Positions 9,779 to 18,771 of a stretch of 53,919 nt of DNA are shown here, one piece after another. Under the pieces are notes generated by a model. The model worked only from the letters and a program-made list of their open reading frames with translations, had not been told where the DNA came from and made no database searches. Position 1 is the first letter of the stretch; every line of letters begins with the position of its first letter. Source of the DNA: a virus (Duplodnaviria > Caudoviricetes); the IMG/VR virus record IMGVR_UViG_3300032240_000787, positions 1 to 53,919 of that record. One strand, given 5' to 3'. The position numbers and the translations under genes are program-made.

Positions 9779-11278
9779 ATGGCTATTGCTGATGATGAAG
9801 TTGTTGGCTCTGCCAAACCTCAAAATCCAACCGAGTTCGTCAAGGCCTATGGGGCTATTGCCGCCAAGGTTGGGCAAGAAATTGGCGTTGACCCTGCTGT
9901 GCTTTTGGCCAAGTGGGGCATGGAAACCGGGTGGGGGAAACACATCGTCGGTGAGCACAATCTCGGAAATATCAAGGATATGACCGGGCAGGGCAAGCGT
10001 GGGTATGACAAGCAAGAAAACTCCAATGACGCATATTTGTCGTTTGAAGACCCCGAGGGCTGGGCTAGGTACTACTCTGACTTTATCAAGCGTGGCTACC
10101 CCAATGCAATGAACACTGGGTCTGACATATCCAAGTTTGTCACTGGACTGTCCAATGGTGTTAATGGTTCATATTTTGGCCGCACAGACCCGCAAAAATA
10201 TCAGGATGCCGTGTCGGGAGCGCATCAGCTTGCATCAAAAATTTATGGGGCACCGCAAGAACATTCTTCTGAAGGGTCTAATCCGGGTGTTGGCGTTCCT
10301 CCATTGCCATCTGCCAGCAATCCCGTTAATGACCCCAAAGGAAGTCCTGAACCGGCGGAAATCAGCCCATTTTTAGGCCTTATTCCGGGCGCAAAATATG
10401 GCTCCCTTGCGGGAGCCGGGTTAGCTGTTGCTGATGCCAAATTCAATGCCGCATCTGGCGTGAAAGAGGCTTGGGACGCTTTGCGCGGAAGGAGTGCTCC
10501 TACCGTACCAACTCCAGCCGCACCAACTCCAGTTACCCCTGTTGCACCGCCAGTAGCCATAGAGCCAAGAGTTGCAGCCGCTACACCTAAGCATGGAGGT
10601 GAAAACTGGGTCAAAGCATTAACTTCGGTTGACATCCCAGATGCTCAAATGAGCAAAGCAGATCTGGACACGGCAAAAGGCATGAAAACAGCCGTTGGTC
10701 GAGCCGGAGAGCCGGGGTTCACTGGAGGAACCATTACCAAAGGGGGTGTGATCATCACCCCCCAAGCGGCTGCTGAATTAGAAAAAAGAGTTTCAGAGTC
10801 CGAAAGGCTTGCAAATAATGCTCGGTTGATGCGTGAAGCAAAGGCCAGAATCGCAAATCAAGCAGCAGAACAGTCTAGGGCCGCTGAGGCCGCAATGCTG
10901 GCTCGTGGAGAGGCTCAAGCAGCGCAAGCCGCTGCACATGCGCCTGTCCCATCTTCTCCGCTTTGGCAGTATGCAAAGCGGTTGGCCAGCTTTCCTGTCA
11001 GGGGCGCTTTGGCGGGTGCTGGCGCTGGTTTTAGCGCTCTTGATTTCATGAATAGATACAACCGCAAAGATATGTCTGGAGCAGCGATTGCTGGCCTTGG
11101 TGGGGTTGCAGGCACCATTGCTCCATTCGTGGCAAGTGCAGGTGCTTTGCCTGCTATATCTATGGCCGCGCCCTTGTACCTAATGGCTGAAGACCGAATC
11201 AGATACCTTAAAAAGCATCCAGAGGCTCAGACTGTCTCGGAAGATATCTATGACCCCATGGGGAACATTCAAAGGTAA
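9779..11278 (+). CDS. Ejection protein with N-terminal GH73/FlgJ-like peptidoglycan glucosaminidase domain
   Basis: LAKWGMETGWGK..HNLGNIK..YLSF..Y motif pattern; C-terminal hydrophobic segments. Confidence 0.7.
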   Translation: MAIADDEVVGSAKPQNPTEFVKAYGAIAAKVGQEIGVDPAVLLAKWGMETGWGKHIVGEHNLGNIKDMTGQGKRGYDKQENSNDAYLSFEDPEGWARYYSDFIKRGYPNAMNTGSDISKFVTGLSNGVNGSYFGRTDPQKYQDAVSGAHQLASKIYGAPQEHSSEGSNPGVGVPPLPSASNPVNDPKGSPEPAEISPFLGLIPGAKYGSLAGAGLAVADAKFNAASGVKEAWDALRGRSAPTVPTPAAPTPVTPVAPPVAIEPRVAAATPKHGGENWVKALTSVDIPDAQMSKADLDTAKGMKTAVGRAGEPGFTGGTITKGGVIITPQAAAELEKRVSESERLANNARLMREAKARIANQAAEQSRAAEAAMLARGEAQAAQAAAHAPVPSSPLWQYAKRLASFPVRGALAGAGAGFSALDFMNRYNRKDMSGAAIAGLGGVAGTIAPFVASAGALPAISMAAPLYLMAEDRIRYLKKHPEAQTVSEDIYDPMGNIQR

Positions 11279-11327
11279 CTTGATCACGACGGCTGTCTCC
11301 CCGCCGTGAACCCTGAGAGGGGTGATT

Positions 11328-11360
11328 GACCCCCCACTCACGAGGTGGGGGGTCTTTTTT
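11328..11360 (+). terminator. Rho-independent terminator ending the late operon
   Basis: GACCCCCCAC-7 nt-GTGGGGGGTC followed by TTTTTT, between convergent genes. Confidence 0.9.
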
Positions 11361-11414
11361 ATTTTGTTAATCCAATTAAAAAGCAGATCACAAAAACACA
11401 AAGAAAGAAGTGAA

Positions 11415-11645
11415 TCATGCCTTGTTTCGGATCTGCTGGATGCGCTCGGCCACCAGATGGTTGACTGAGCGTGCCACTTTGATGCACTCGGTGCGCTCGG
11501 CCTTTGCAATTGCTGGGGCACCGGCCTTTACAAATGCGTTTGCCAAGGCCACCAAATCGTCTTCAAGGAAGTTGTAGTTCTCTTCCAAGGTCACCCCCCG
11601 GAAGGCCTCGCCGACCTGCTCAGGCGTCAATGTGATGTCTTCCAT
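11415..11645 (-). CDS. Hypothetical protein (76 aa)
   Basis: MEDITLTPEQ.. ORF in the leftward operon. Confidence 0.7.
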   Translation of the reverse strand: MEDITLTPEQVGEAFRGVTLEENYNFLEDDLVALANAFVKAGAPAIAKAERTECIKVARSVNHLVAERIQQIRNKA

Positions 11646-11654
11646 GGTCACCCC

Positions 11655-11822
11655 TTACCACCAGCCAAACCAAATACCCGTGCCATGGATATTGGCAATT
11701 GGGAAAATGAGAGCGCCTGCGATCAGGAACCCCCACGCAGCAATCTTGATGCAGACCACTACGTGGGTAACCCACGAAAGAAGGAGCCATCCTCCAATTG
11801 CAAAAATTAAGAGTTCGTCCAT
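11655..11822 (-). CDS. Small two-TM membrane protein (55 aa; not in ORF track)
   Basis: Hand-translated MDELLIFAIGGWLLLSWVTHVVVCIKIAAWGFLIAGALIFPIANIHGTGIWFGWW; GGAG upstream; fills the gap in the operon. Confidence 0.7.
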   Translation of the reverse strand: MDELLIFAIGGWLLLSWVTHVVVCIKIAAWGFLIAGALIFPIANIHGTGIWFGWW

Positions 11823-11825
11823 GGC

Positions 11826-12032
11826 TTACTCCACTCCGGGCAGTTCGTTCTGCTCGGCTTGTTTGTAGTTCTCCACCTTCGCGCCAGCGGCCAGCAATTC
11901 CACCAGATCGGTCTGAGACGCCACATGGGCGTGGATGGTTGCATTGGCCACATGGGCGATGGCTTGGGCTTTGCTGGCGGCGTTCACCAGACGGATGCCG
12001 CTCGGGCCTCCAACGACGTAAATACGGGACAT
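11826..12032 (-). CDS. Hypothetical protein (68 aa)
   Basis: MSRIYVVG..RLVNAASKAQAIAHVA; GGAG RBS. Confidence 0.75.
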   Translation of the reverse strand: MSRIYVVGGPSGIRLVNAASKAQAIAHVANATIHAHVASQTDLVELLAAGAKVENYKQAEQNELPGVE

Positions 12033-12033
12033 A

Positions 12034-12825
12034 TCAGACTCCAAATTTGTTTTTCAATTGCCAGAAGGACAGCAGGGCTTGGAACATCTTCCAGCCGCGC
12101 TGAAGGTCTTCTTCGCTCCACTCTTTGACCTTCACGAGGCCCGGGTAAGAGACGGAAGCGAAGACGTTTGCGCACCGTGCATTGGGCATACCCACGCCGA
12201 CTCGATAGGCGGCAAGTTGCATCAGGTGCTCGTCGTATGCCGGGACATCGTCTTCGGGGCCAAACTCTTTCGTTTTGGCGTCCAGCATGATGCCCACGGG
12301 CGCGGACTCGTCGGGGCGGGTGAAGAGGTCAGTCTTCCCGCCAAAGCCCAGAGGGTGCGAGAACGAGATTTCGGTCTCCCACTTCTGGAAGGGATGCGTC
12401 TTGAAGTGCTCAAAAACAACCTCTTCAAACGACTTGGCAATCTCGTCATGCTCGACAGGGCGAACCCCACCGTACCATGCCTCAATCGACTCATGGACTC
12501 TCGTGCCGCGCTCTGCGGCGATCTTTGCGGTCGCTTTGGAGTCCAGCACCACCCGGTCGATGAATTGCTTCTCGGTCTCGCCCTCGACCTTTGGAAGGGT
12601 GAGCGCGGCCAGAAGCAATTGCTCGTTCTTCCAGACGTCCAGACCGGGCTTTGCGGCCACTTTGAGGATCGTGGTGACCGAGGGCACCAGATTCATCTTC
12701 CGGGCGTCCCTGAGGGTCGTAGGGCGGTCTGAGCCGTCCTTTGCCTTCACGGTGTACTGTGGCTTGCCGTCCTCACCGCGATACCAATGAACGGACTCTG
12801 CTGAACGAGCAATGATGGTAGTCAT
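12034..12825 (-). CDS. PD-(D/E)XK-family phage exonuclease
   Basis: PSVTTIL, RGTRVH, GGKTD, LDAKT, QLAAY motifs. Confidence 0.85.
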   Translation of the reverse strand: MTTIIARSAESVHWYRGEDGKPQYTVKAKDGSDRPTTLRDARKMNLVPSVTTILKVAAKPGLDVWKNEQLLLAALTLPKVEGETEKQFIDRVVLDSKATAKIAAERGTRVHESIEAWYGGVRPVEHDEIAKSFEEVVFEHFKTHPFQKWETEISFSHPLGFGGKTDLFTRPDESAPVGIMLDAKTKEFGPEDDVPAYDEHLMQLAAYRVGVGMPNARCANVFASVSYPGLVKVKEWSEEDLQRGWKMFQALLSFWQLKNKFGV

Positions 12826-13070
12826 GCGCTCACCCCTTTCTTCTTCTCCCAGCGCTTTTTGGCAAGGTCGGATTGACGTTCGCGTTGCTCGGGCGTCCAG
12901 ACCCGGCCCCGCTTTTTCTGGCCGATGGGCACGCCAAACAGAACTGGCTGCTCTTCAATTGAAACAACATGCTCTTGGAAGACCGGCGCAGAGATGATGT
13001 TGTCGATGGCCGACTCTAGACGAGCGATTCGGTCGAGCATGGACTGCTTTTCCGCTTTAGAAATAAACAT
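12822..13070 (-). CDS. Hypothetical protein with basic C-terminus (possible DNA binding)
   Basis: 82 aa; GGAG RBS; WTPEQRERQSDLAKKRW. Confidence 0.65.
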   Translation of the reverse strand: MFISKAEKQSMLDRIARLESAIDNIISAPVFQEHVVSIEEQPVLFGVPIGQKKRGRVWTPEQRERQSDLAKKRWEKKKGVSA

Positions 13071-13098
13071 GGTATTCTCCTGTTTTTAATACTTTTGT

Positions 13099-13734
13099 TT
13101 AAAAGGGGATGTCATCGTCTTCGTCAAATGCCGGGGCGGCTGGGGCGGCAGGTGCAGACTTGTTCAGTCGCTCCCACTCAGGGGTACCCATGATCTTTTT
13201 CTTCAGGTTGTCGCTGAAGGTCTCAAACATGGCCATGTCGGGTTCACCCAGCATGAAGATCTCGTTCTTGTTCACCGCAGTCGGCAGACCGGCCTGCTTG
13301 ATCATGGACGGCACCGGGGTGATGCCGTTGACGTTGACGTACATCTTGCCGTCGTTGCCCTGCTTCTCAATCACATTGAGCATGCACCATGCATCCAAAA
13401 TGGTCTTGAGGTCAAAACGGCGCATCTCCTCTTGCGAGAATGGCTTGCCTCGCCACGACTGCAAGTCGGCACGCAAATTGGCTTTGTCAGACCACGACAG
13501 GGTGTAGTTTTTGAACATGGCGAACGGGCGACCGTCCTGCATCTTCAACGCCTTGCCAGAGTCGTCTTGGCCGTGGATTTCCCAGCCCAGCATAATTTTG
13601 CGCAACATCTTGACTTGGCCAAGATACTCAGACTTTTGCGTGCCCAGATCAATGATCCGGTAACAACGAGCCAAGTGCAGGCCGGGGGGTGTGGACTCAA
13701 ACGATCCACCTTTGTTTTCAACGAAAAAACTCAT
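13099..13734 (-). CDS. Phage single-stranded DNA-binding protein
   Basis: Start MSFFVE with GGAGG RBS; ARCYRIIDLGTQ motif; acidic EDDDIPF C-terminal tail; adjacent to exonuclease. Confidence 0.7.
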   Translation of the reverse strand: MSFFVENKGGSFESTPPGLHLARCYRIIDLGTQKSEYLGQVKMLRKIMLGWEIHGQDDSGKALKMQDGRPFAMFKNYTLSWSDKANLRADLQSWRGKPFSQEEMRRFDLKTILDAWCMLNVIEKQGNDGKMYVNVNGITPVPSMIKQAGLPTAVNKNEIFMLGEPDMAMFETFSDNLKKKIMGTPEWERLNKSAPAAPAAPAFDEDDDIPF

Positions 13735-13826
13735 CAGAACCTCCAGATAAAAACGTCCGCAAGGACAACAGCAAGACCAACAACACACGCAAAAAACAGC
13801 ATCTTGTCTTGAAAGTCGTAATCCAT
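13734..13826 (-). CDS. 30-aa single-TM peptide (not in ORF track)
   Basis: MDYDFQDKMLFFACVVGLAVVLADVFIWRF; AGGAG RBS; TGATG overlap with the SSB gene. Confidence 0.6.
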   Translation of the reverse strand: MDYDFQDKMLFFACVVGLAVVLADVFIWRF

Positions 13827-13863
13827 AACTGACTCCTAAAACCGGCAACATCGCCGTGGACGA

Positions 13864-13923
13864 ACTATAACACAGAATTAAATCGTGCAACAACCTTGCT
13901 CAAACAAAAAGTTTTGTTAAACT
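13864..13923. promoter_or_regulatory. Divergent sigma70-type promoters
   Basis: Leftward TGtTATAGT extended -10 (hexamer 13864-13869); rightward TTGCTC-16-TAAACT with TGn; the rightward mRNA would be essentially leaderless (ATG 13932). Confidence 0.65.
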
Positions 13924-13931
13924 GCAACCGC

Positions 13932-14138
13932 ATGACACTGCTTGAATACTTCAGAGACGAACCGAGGGGAGCCAAGTCGGAGATGGCAGAGCACCTGCGC
14001 ATCACGCCGACGTGGCTTTCCCTGATCATGCGCGGACAACGAAAGGCGTCTGCAAACCTGTGCGCACGCATCGAAAAAGCCACACAAGGGCTGGTGACGA
14101 GGGAAGAACTTCGCCCAGACTTGTACGGAAAACTTTGA
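13932..14138 (+). CDS. Cro/YdaS-like HTH regulator
   Basis: 68 aa; SEMAEHLRITPTWLSLI HTH; IEKATQG.VTREELRPD C-terminal motif. Confidence 0.85.
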   Translation: MTLLEYFRDEPRGAKSEMAEHLRITPTWLSLIMRGQRKASANLCARIEKATQGLVTREELRPDLYGKL

Positions 14139-14141
14139 GCG

Positions 14142-14260
14142 TGTTATAGTTTTCACATCGCTTGGCGGCGATTTTTTGGGTAAACCGAGGCCGGGATTCT
14201 GGCAGTACCCACTGCTCCGCCAACACCGCAAGGTGAGAGTCCCGACCTCGGTTTTTTTTT
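14142..14260 (+). promoter_or_regulatory. Extended -10 plus structured attenuator-like leader of the parB-helicase-primase operon
   Basis: TGtTATAGT; hairpin with TTGGCG(G) loop; stem 14182-14200/14236-14254 followed by a T run; CCGCCAA complement. Confidence 0.6.
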
Positions 14261-14270
14261 GGAGATGACA

Positions 14271-15080
14271 ATGACAAGAATGGTAAAACTGGAGCACATT
14301 CGCCTTGATGGCGGCACGCAGTTTCGAGATCAGATTGACCAGAACACGGTCAAGCAATACACAGACTGCATGCGCAATGGCGCAAGTTTCCCCCCAATCC
14401 AATGCACCTACGACGGTGTGAATTACTGGATCTGGGACGGCTTCCACAGATACTTTGCGACCCAGTCCGTGGGCTTCAAAGAGATCTCTGTGGAGTACAA
14501 ACCGGGCACCATGGAGGACGCGCAGGACTTGGCCCTGAGCGCCAACGGCAAGCACGGCCTGCCACGCAACAACGCCACCAAGCGTAAGCAGGTTGAGACG
14601 GCTCTGGGCATGGAGCGCCATGCCAACAAATCTGACCGCGAAATCGCCAAGCTGTGCGACGTATCCCATCCCTTCGTGGCTTCAATCCGAAGCCCTGAAG
14701 TCAAGGAGAAGCAGGCCAAGAACCGCGACGCATCTGCGGCCAAGAAGGTGGAATCGGATTCCATCAAGGTTAGTGATGTCGTGCCGAGCACCCCGGTGGA
14801 ATCGGATTCCACGGACTCCAAGCCACCTGTCACGCAGGACTACGGCCCGGACGCTGAAGAACTCAAGGCCATGGAGTTGGCCGAGCAGTCCGACCGCGAC
14901 ACCATGCACAAGATGCTGGAGGCCGACGATGCCTTGGCCACTGCAGTCAAGGAAATCGAGCGCCTGAACTTCCTCAACGCTCAGATGGAGATCCGCATCG
15001 CGGCTCTGATGAACGAAAAAAATGCCGCCATCAAGATGGTGAAAGACCTTGAGAAGCAACTGAAGAAAGCCAAAAAATGA
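14271..15080 (+). CDS. parB: ParB-like protein (ParB/Srx N-domain + HTH + coiled coil)
   Basis: GTQFR..FPPI..WDGFHR motif; SDREIAKLCDVSHPFVASIR HTH; GGAG RBS. Confidence 0.75.
   Translation: MTRMVKLEHIRLDGGTQFRDQIDQNTVKQYTDCMRNGASFPPIQCTYDGVNYWIWDGFHRYFATQSVGFKEISVEYKPGTMEDAQDLALSANGKHGLPRNNATKRKQVETALGMERHANKSDREIAKLCDVSHPFVASIRSPEVKEKQAKNRDASAAKKVESDSIKVSDVVPSTPVESDSTDSKPPVTQDYGPDAEELKAMELAEQSDRDTMHKMLEADDALATAVKEIERLNFLNAQMEIRIAALMNEKNAAIKMVKDLEKQLKKAKK
14748..14764. repeat. 17-bp palindrome copy 1 (GTGGAATCGGATTCCAT, 16/17)
   Basis: Read directly; inside parB. Confidence 0.9.
14796..14812. repeat. 17-bp palindrome copy 2 (GTGGAATCGGATTCCAC)
   Basis: Read directly; inside parB. Confidence 0.95.
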
Positions 15081-16606
15081 CCGAAGTCCTAGCACAGCGA
15101 GTGTGTGATGATGGATCTACCTTTCCAACTCCACGCCCCTTCCAACTCGACGCCCATCAACAACTCCGTCAGGGGTTCCGCGATGGCCACAAGAACCAAC
15201 TGATCATGGCCCCTACGGGGGCTGGCAAGACCTACCTTGGCCTGCGCATTTGCAACGAGGCCATGCAAAAGGGCAAGCGTGCCGTGTTCCTGTGCGATCG
15301 CACCACGCTGATCAACCAGACCTCTGCCGCCGCCGACGGGTACGGCTTGAGTGAGCACGGCGTGATTCAGGCCAACCACTGGAGACGCCAGCCCGACAAA
15401 CTGCTCCAGATCGCATCTGCCCAGACCATCGCCAAGCGCGAGTACTGGCCGCAACTGGATGTGCTAGTGGTCGACGAGGCGCACACCCAGATGAAAGTCT
15501 GGACTGAGTTTGCCCAGACCACGCAAGCGGCTGTGATCGGCCTGTCGGCCACCCCGTTCTCGACAGGACTGGGCAAAATCTTCACCAACCTGATCAACGC
15601 CACCACCATGCACGAACTCACGCAGTCTGGCGTGCTGGTGCCCATGCGGATTTTTTCCTGCACCAAGCCCGACATGACTGGCGCGGCCACCGCCGGTGGT
15701 GAGTGGACGGACAAGGCCGCAGAAGAGCGCGGCATGGACATCGTGGGCGATGTGGTCACTGAGTGGATCAAGTTCTCCGAAGGCCGCAAGACCATCGTGT
15801 TTGGTGCCACCATAAAGCACTGCGAGGAGTTGGCCCAGCAGTTCATCAATCAGGGCATCATGGCCGCTGTGTTCACTTCGGAGACCACCGCCAAGGAGCG
15901 TGAAGCCCTGTTGCAGGACTACCGCCGCCCCGACAGCTACATCCGGGTGCTGATCAGCGTGGAAGCCCTTGCAAAGGGTTTTGACGTGCCTGACGTGGGT
16001 TGTGTGTGCGATGCCCGGCCACTGCGCAAGTCGTTGTCCACGGCCATCCAGATGTGGGGTCGTGGCCTGCGCTCGTCGCCTGAGACCGGCAAGAAAGACT
16101 GCTTCCTGCTGGACTTCAGCGGCAACATCATTCGTTTTGCCGAGGACTTCACCGACGTGTTTTTCAACGGGCTGGAATCGCTTGACTCCGGCGACAAGCT
16201 GGACAAAAAGATCCGCAAGGACGAGGACATCGAGGTGCGTGGGTGCCCCAAGTGCGGCTACACCCCGTTCCACAAGCGTTGCATGGCATGCGGCTACGAG
16301 CGCGTGCAGAAGAACGCATCCGAGGCACTGCCCGGGCACATGCAAGAGATCACCATCGGTGAGGGCAAAAACAAGAAGGTGCTGGCCAGCAACGCCGAGA
16401 ACCTCTGGCACCAACTGGTGGCCTATGCCAAGATTCATAGCGCCCCTGAAAAGCAACAGGGCAGAGCGTGGCATTTATTTAAGAAGATCACCGGCCAAGA
16501 GCCGACATGGCGCTTCACCACCGCCCCGCAGGTCGAGATCTCTCGCCACACGTACAACAAGATCACGCAACTAAACATGGCGTGGAAGAAGGGGATGCAA
16601 CGATGA
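15077..16606 (+). CDS. SF2 DEAH-box helicase (ResIII/SSL2-like) with C-terminal Zn ribbon
   Basis: APTGAGKT, VVDEAH, GLSATP, GFDVP, QMWGRGLR; CPKC..C..C. Confidence 0.92.
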   Translation: MTEVLAQRVCDDGSTFPTPRPFQLDAHQQLRQGFRDGHKNQLIMAPTGAGKTYLGLRICNEAMQKGKRAVFLCDRTTLINQTSAAADGYGLSEHGVIQANHWRRQPDKLLQIASAQTIAKREYWPQLDVLVVDEAHTQMKVWTEFAQTTQAAVIGLSATPFSTGLGKIFTNLINATTMHELTQSGVLVPMRIFSCTKPDMTGAATAGGEWTDKAAEERGMDIVGDVVTEWIKFSEGRKTIVFGATIKHCEELAQQFINQGIMAAVFTSETTAKEREALLQDYRRPDSYIRVLISVEALAKGFDVPDVGCVCDARPLRKSLSTAIQMWGRGLRSSPETGKKDCFLLDFSGNIIRFAEDFTDVFFNGLESLDSGDKLDKKIRKDEDIEVRGCPKCGYTPFHKRCMACGYERVQKNASEALPGHMQEITIGEGKNKKVLASNAENLWHQLVAYAKIHSAPEKQQGRAWHLFKKITGQEPTWRFTTAPQVEISRHTYNKITQLNMAWKKGMQR

Positions 16607-17472
16607 CATTCATTGACTTTGCACGCGCTCATGGCGTGGACATCGACCCGGGCAAGCTGTACGCATCCGACAAGATCCGCCGCACCGGGACGGTGGATAA
16701 GCCCCGCTCGGGCAACGGCGCGTACTGGTGGGACGGCAAGCGCGGCTGGGCATTCAACTGGTCTGGAGAAGCCCGGACGATTTGGTACGAAGACCCCAAT
16801 GCCCAGCCATGGACAGATCAGGAAAAGCGCGACTGGATGCTCAAGCGCCAGACGGCCAATGCCCAGAAGGATCGCTCCTACGAGGTGGCCGCACAGAAGG
16901 CCGACATCATCCTGCGCTCGGCCAAAAAGTCCAAGCACAACTACCTGCACTTGAAGGGCTTCCCAGACCTTGAGGCGCTGGTGCTGGACGAGACCCTGCT
17001 GGTGCCCATGCGCAATGTCGTGACCAACAAGCTGCAGGGTTACCAGCAAATTTTTTGGAACATGGACGAGCGCAAGTGGGAAAAGAAAATGCTCACCGGA
17101 ATGCGTGCCAAGAACGCAGTGCTGTTTATGGGCGATAGGAAGGCCGAGGAGGCGTGGTTGGTCGAAGGGTATGCCACAGGCCTATCCGTCCACGCCGCGC
17201 TCCGTAGCGCCGGTTTAAGCGCGTCTGTGGTGGTCTGCTTCAGTGCTGGGAATCTCGTGCAGGTGGCCGACCAGATCCCCGGGCGCAAGTTTTGTTTTGC
17301 GGACAATGACGAGAGCCAGACGGGCGAGAAGGCGGCAAAGTCTGCTGAATTGCCCTATGCCATGGCGGACACCGTCGGGTGGGATGCCAATGATCTGCAC
17401 AAGGCCAAGGGGCAATACGCTGTGATGGCCAAGATCATGGAGTGCCGACTGAAATCCCTTGTACACTCCTGA
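16603..17472 (+). CDS. TOPRIM-domain primase (P4 alpha/TraC-like)
   Basis: YLHLKGF, LLVPM, VEGYATG, FSAGNL, ADND motifs; ATGA overlap with helicase. Confidence 0.85.
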   Translation: MTFIDFARAHGVDIDPGKLYASDKIRRTGTVDKPRSGNGAYWWDGKRGWAFNWSGEARTIWYEDPNAQPWTDQEKRDWMLKRQTANAQKDRSYEVAAQKADIILRSAKKSKHNYLHLKGFPDLEALVLDETLLVPMRNVVTNKLQGYQQIFWNMDERKWEKKMLTGMRAKNAVLFMGDRKAEEAWLVEGYATGLSVHAALRSAGLSASVVVCFSAGNLVQVADQIPGRKFCFADNDESQTGEKAAKSAELPYAMADTVGWDANDLHKAKGQYAVMAKIMECRLKSLVHS

Positions 17473-17487
17473 GCCTCTGAGGGTCGT

Positions 17488-17704
17488 GCTGGTGGACTGA
17501 AAACACCAGCGCCAACACGCATGGGGATTGCAGCGATAGGCATGGAGCGGGTTTACGCTATCAGTCGCGGATCGGACAAGGCCTACTAAGCCCTAGCCCC
17601 TTTCCACGCAGTCCCCAGCCGTGTTGGTGGCGCAGCGGGTTAGCGCCGCTGTCTTCTGCTTGTGCATGAATTGCAAAAAACACTGCTTTATGTGGGCCAC
17701 CAAC
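17488..17704 (+). ncRNA. Candidate structured RNA element
   Basis: Several long complementary stems in a 300-nt intergenic gap (see findings). Confidence 0.4.
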
Positions 17705-17778
17705 TTCACCTATTGACAAAGTTGCCCTGACAGGCTTTTTCTGTAAAATGGCCCCAGCCCATACACAAAAGGATTGTC

Positions 17779-18699
17779 ATGGCCAACATGCTCACCAGCA
17801 GCACCAACACGGGTGCCCTGCCACAGACTCCCGCTCAACAGCCCAGTACGACTAACTCCACGACGACGTACAACCCGTCGCAGGACATGTATAGCGTCGG
17901 CTCGGCCAACAACCCATTTGGAGCGCAACAGGGCGGTATGTATGGCTCCCCGCCGCCATCCACGCCGACTGGCATGACGGGCATGGGCGCAATGGCCCCC
18001 CAGCTTGCTCAGAATTTTGGTAATGTGATGGCGTCCAACATGAGCAACCCATTTGGTGGTTCACCGACAACATCAACAACTACTACCCCGGCCACTGGCA
18101 TGACTGGAATCGGGGCGGCAGCAGGTCAAGTCGGTGCAGGACTTGGGAACGCGCTTCTGGGCAACACGACCACCATTTCGCCTGACTTGCAGAGACTGAT
18201 GGCGATGTATCAAGGCAATCCGCAACCAACAGGTGAGACATTTATTGAAGGTCTTGGCTTTGTTCCGTCCATGGCACCACCAACGACAATCTCGCCCGAA
18301 GTCATCCAGAAGTATTTGGCAAGCGGGATGACGCCCCCCAGCCAATTGCCTACTTCACAGCCCGGGCCTGTGCAGACATACAACCCCGACTTTGACTACA
18401 ACTCTGGTGGATTTAATCCAAGCAAACCTATCGAAAGCGTGATCCCGCAGTACACCCCCACGCCAGCGCAGTACCCCGGTGCGCCTATCGGCATGCCGCA
18501 GCAAATGCCCTTCCCCGGCATGATGGGCAACCCCATGGGGCCAAAGGGCTTCCACCAGCCTCCTATGCGCCCCAATCGCGCTCAGATGCTGATGGAGATG
18601 CGCAATCGTGGAAACCGTCCAAACGGTGTTTTTGGCATCAACCCCAATCCCGGGATGCAACGCCAAGACTTTGGGTTTGGGCCTGATTTCAACAATTAA
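17779..18699 (+). CDS. Orphan P/G/M/Q/N/T-rich low-complexity protein
   Basis: 306 aa; AAGGA RBS; candidate TTGCCC-16-TAAAAT promoter at 17722-17749. Confidence 0.7.
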   Translation: MANMLTSSTNTGALPQTPAQQPSTTNSTTTYNPSQDMYSVGSANNPFGAQQGGMYGSPPPSTPTGMTGMGAMAPQLAQNFGNVMASNMSNPFGGSPTTSTTTTPATGMTGIGAAAGQVGAGLGNALLGNTTTISPDLQRLMAMYQGNPQPTGETFIEGLGFVPSMAPPTTISPEVIQKYLASGMTPPSQLPTSQPGPVQTYNPDFDYNSGGFNPSKPIESVIPQYTPTPAQYPGAPIGMPQQMPFPGMMGNPMGPKGFHQPPMRPNRAQMLMEMRNRGNRPNGVFGINPNPGMQRQDFGFGPDFNN

Positions 18700-18704
18700 T
18701 CCCC

Positions 18705-18727
18705 AAATGCGACATAGTGTCGCATTT
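18705..18727. promoter_or_regulatory. Perfect inverted repeat (operator or terminator)
   Basis: AAATGCGACA-TAG-TGTCGCATTT, 8 bp upstream of a -35 box. Confidence 0.6.
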
Positions 18728-18735
18728 CAAAAATG

Positions 18736-18765
18736 TTGACATGCTTTAAAGCGTGTTGATACAAT
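18736..18765 (+). promoter_or_regulatory. Strong sigma70 promoter
   Basis: TTGACA-18-TACAAT with extended TGn. Confidence 0.85.
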
Positions 18766-18771
18766 CCGCAA

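Noticed and set aside
13827-14138. Lambda-like CI/Cro lysogeny switch
   Set aside because: The leftward gene is a 30-aa membrane peptide, not a repressor, and no integrase is visible.
14748-14812. Two palindromes 48 bp apart as a mini-CRISPR array
   Set aside because: Only 17 bp, two units, inside a coding frame; other copies are dispersed; no cas genes (the PD-(D/E)XK nuclease sits in a recombination operon).
17473-17778. tRNA or tmRNA in the intergenic gap
   Set aside because: No TTCRA T-loop, cloverleaf or suitably placed CCA end.
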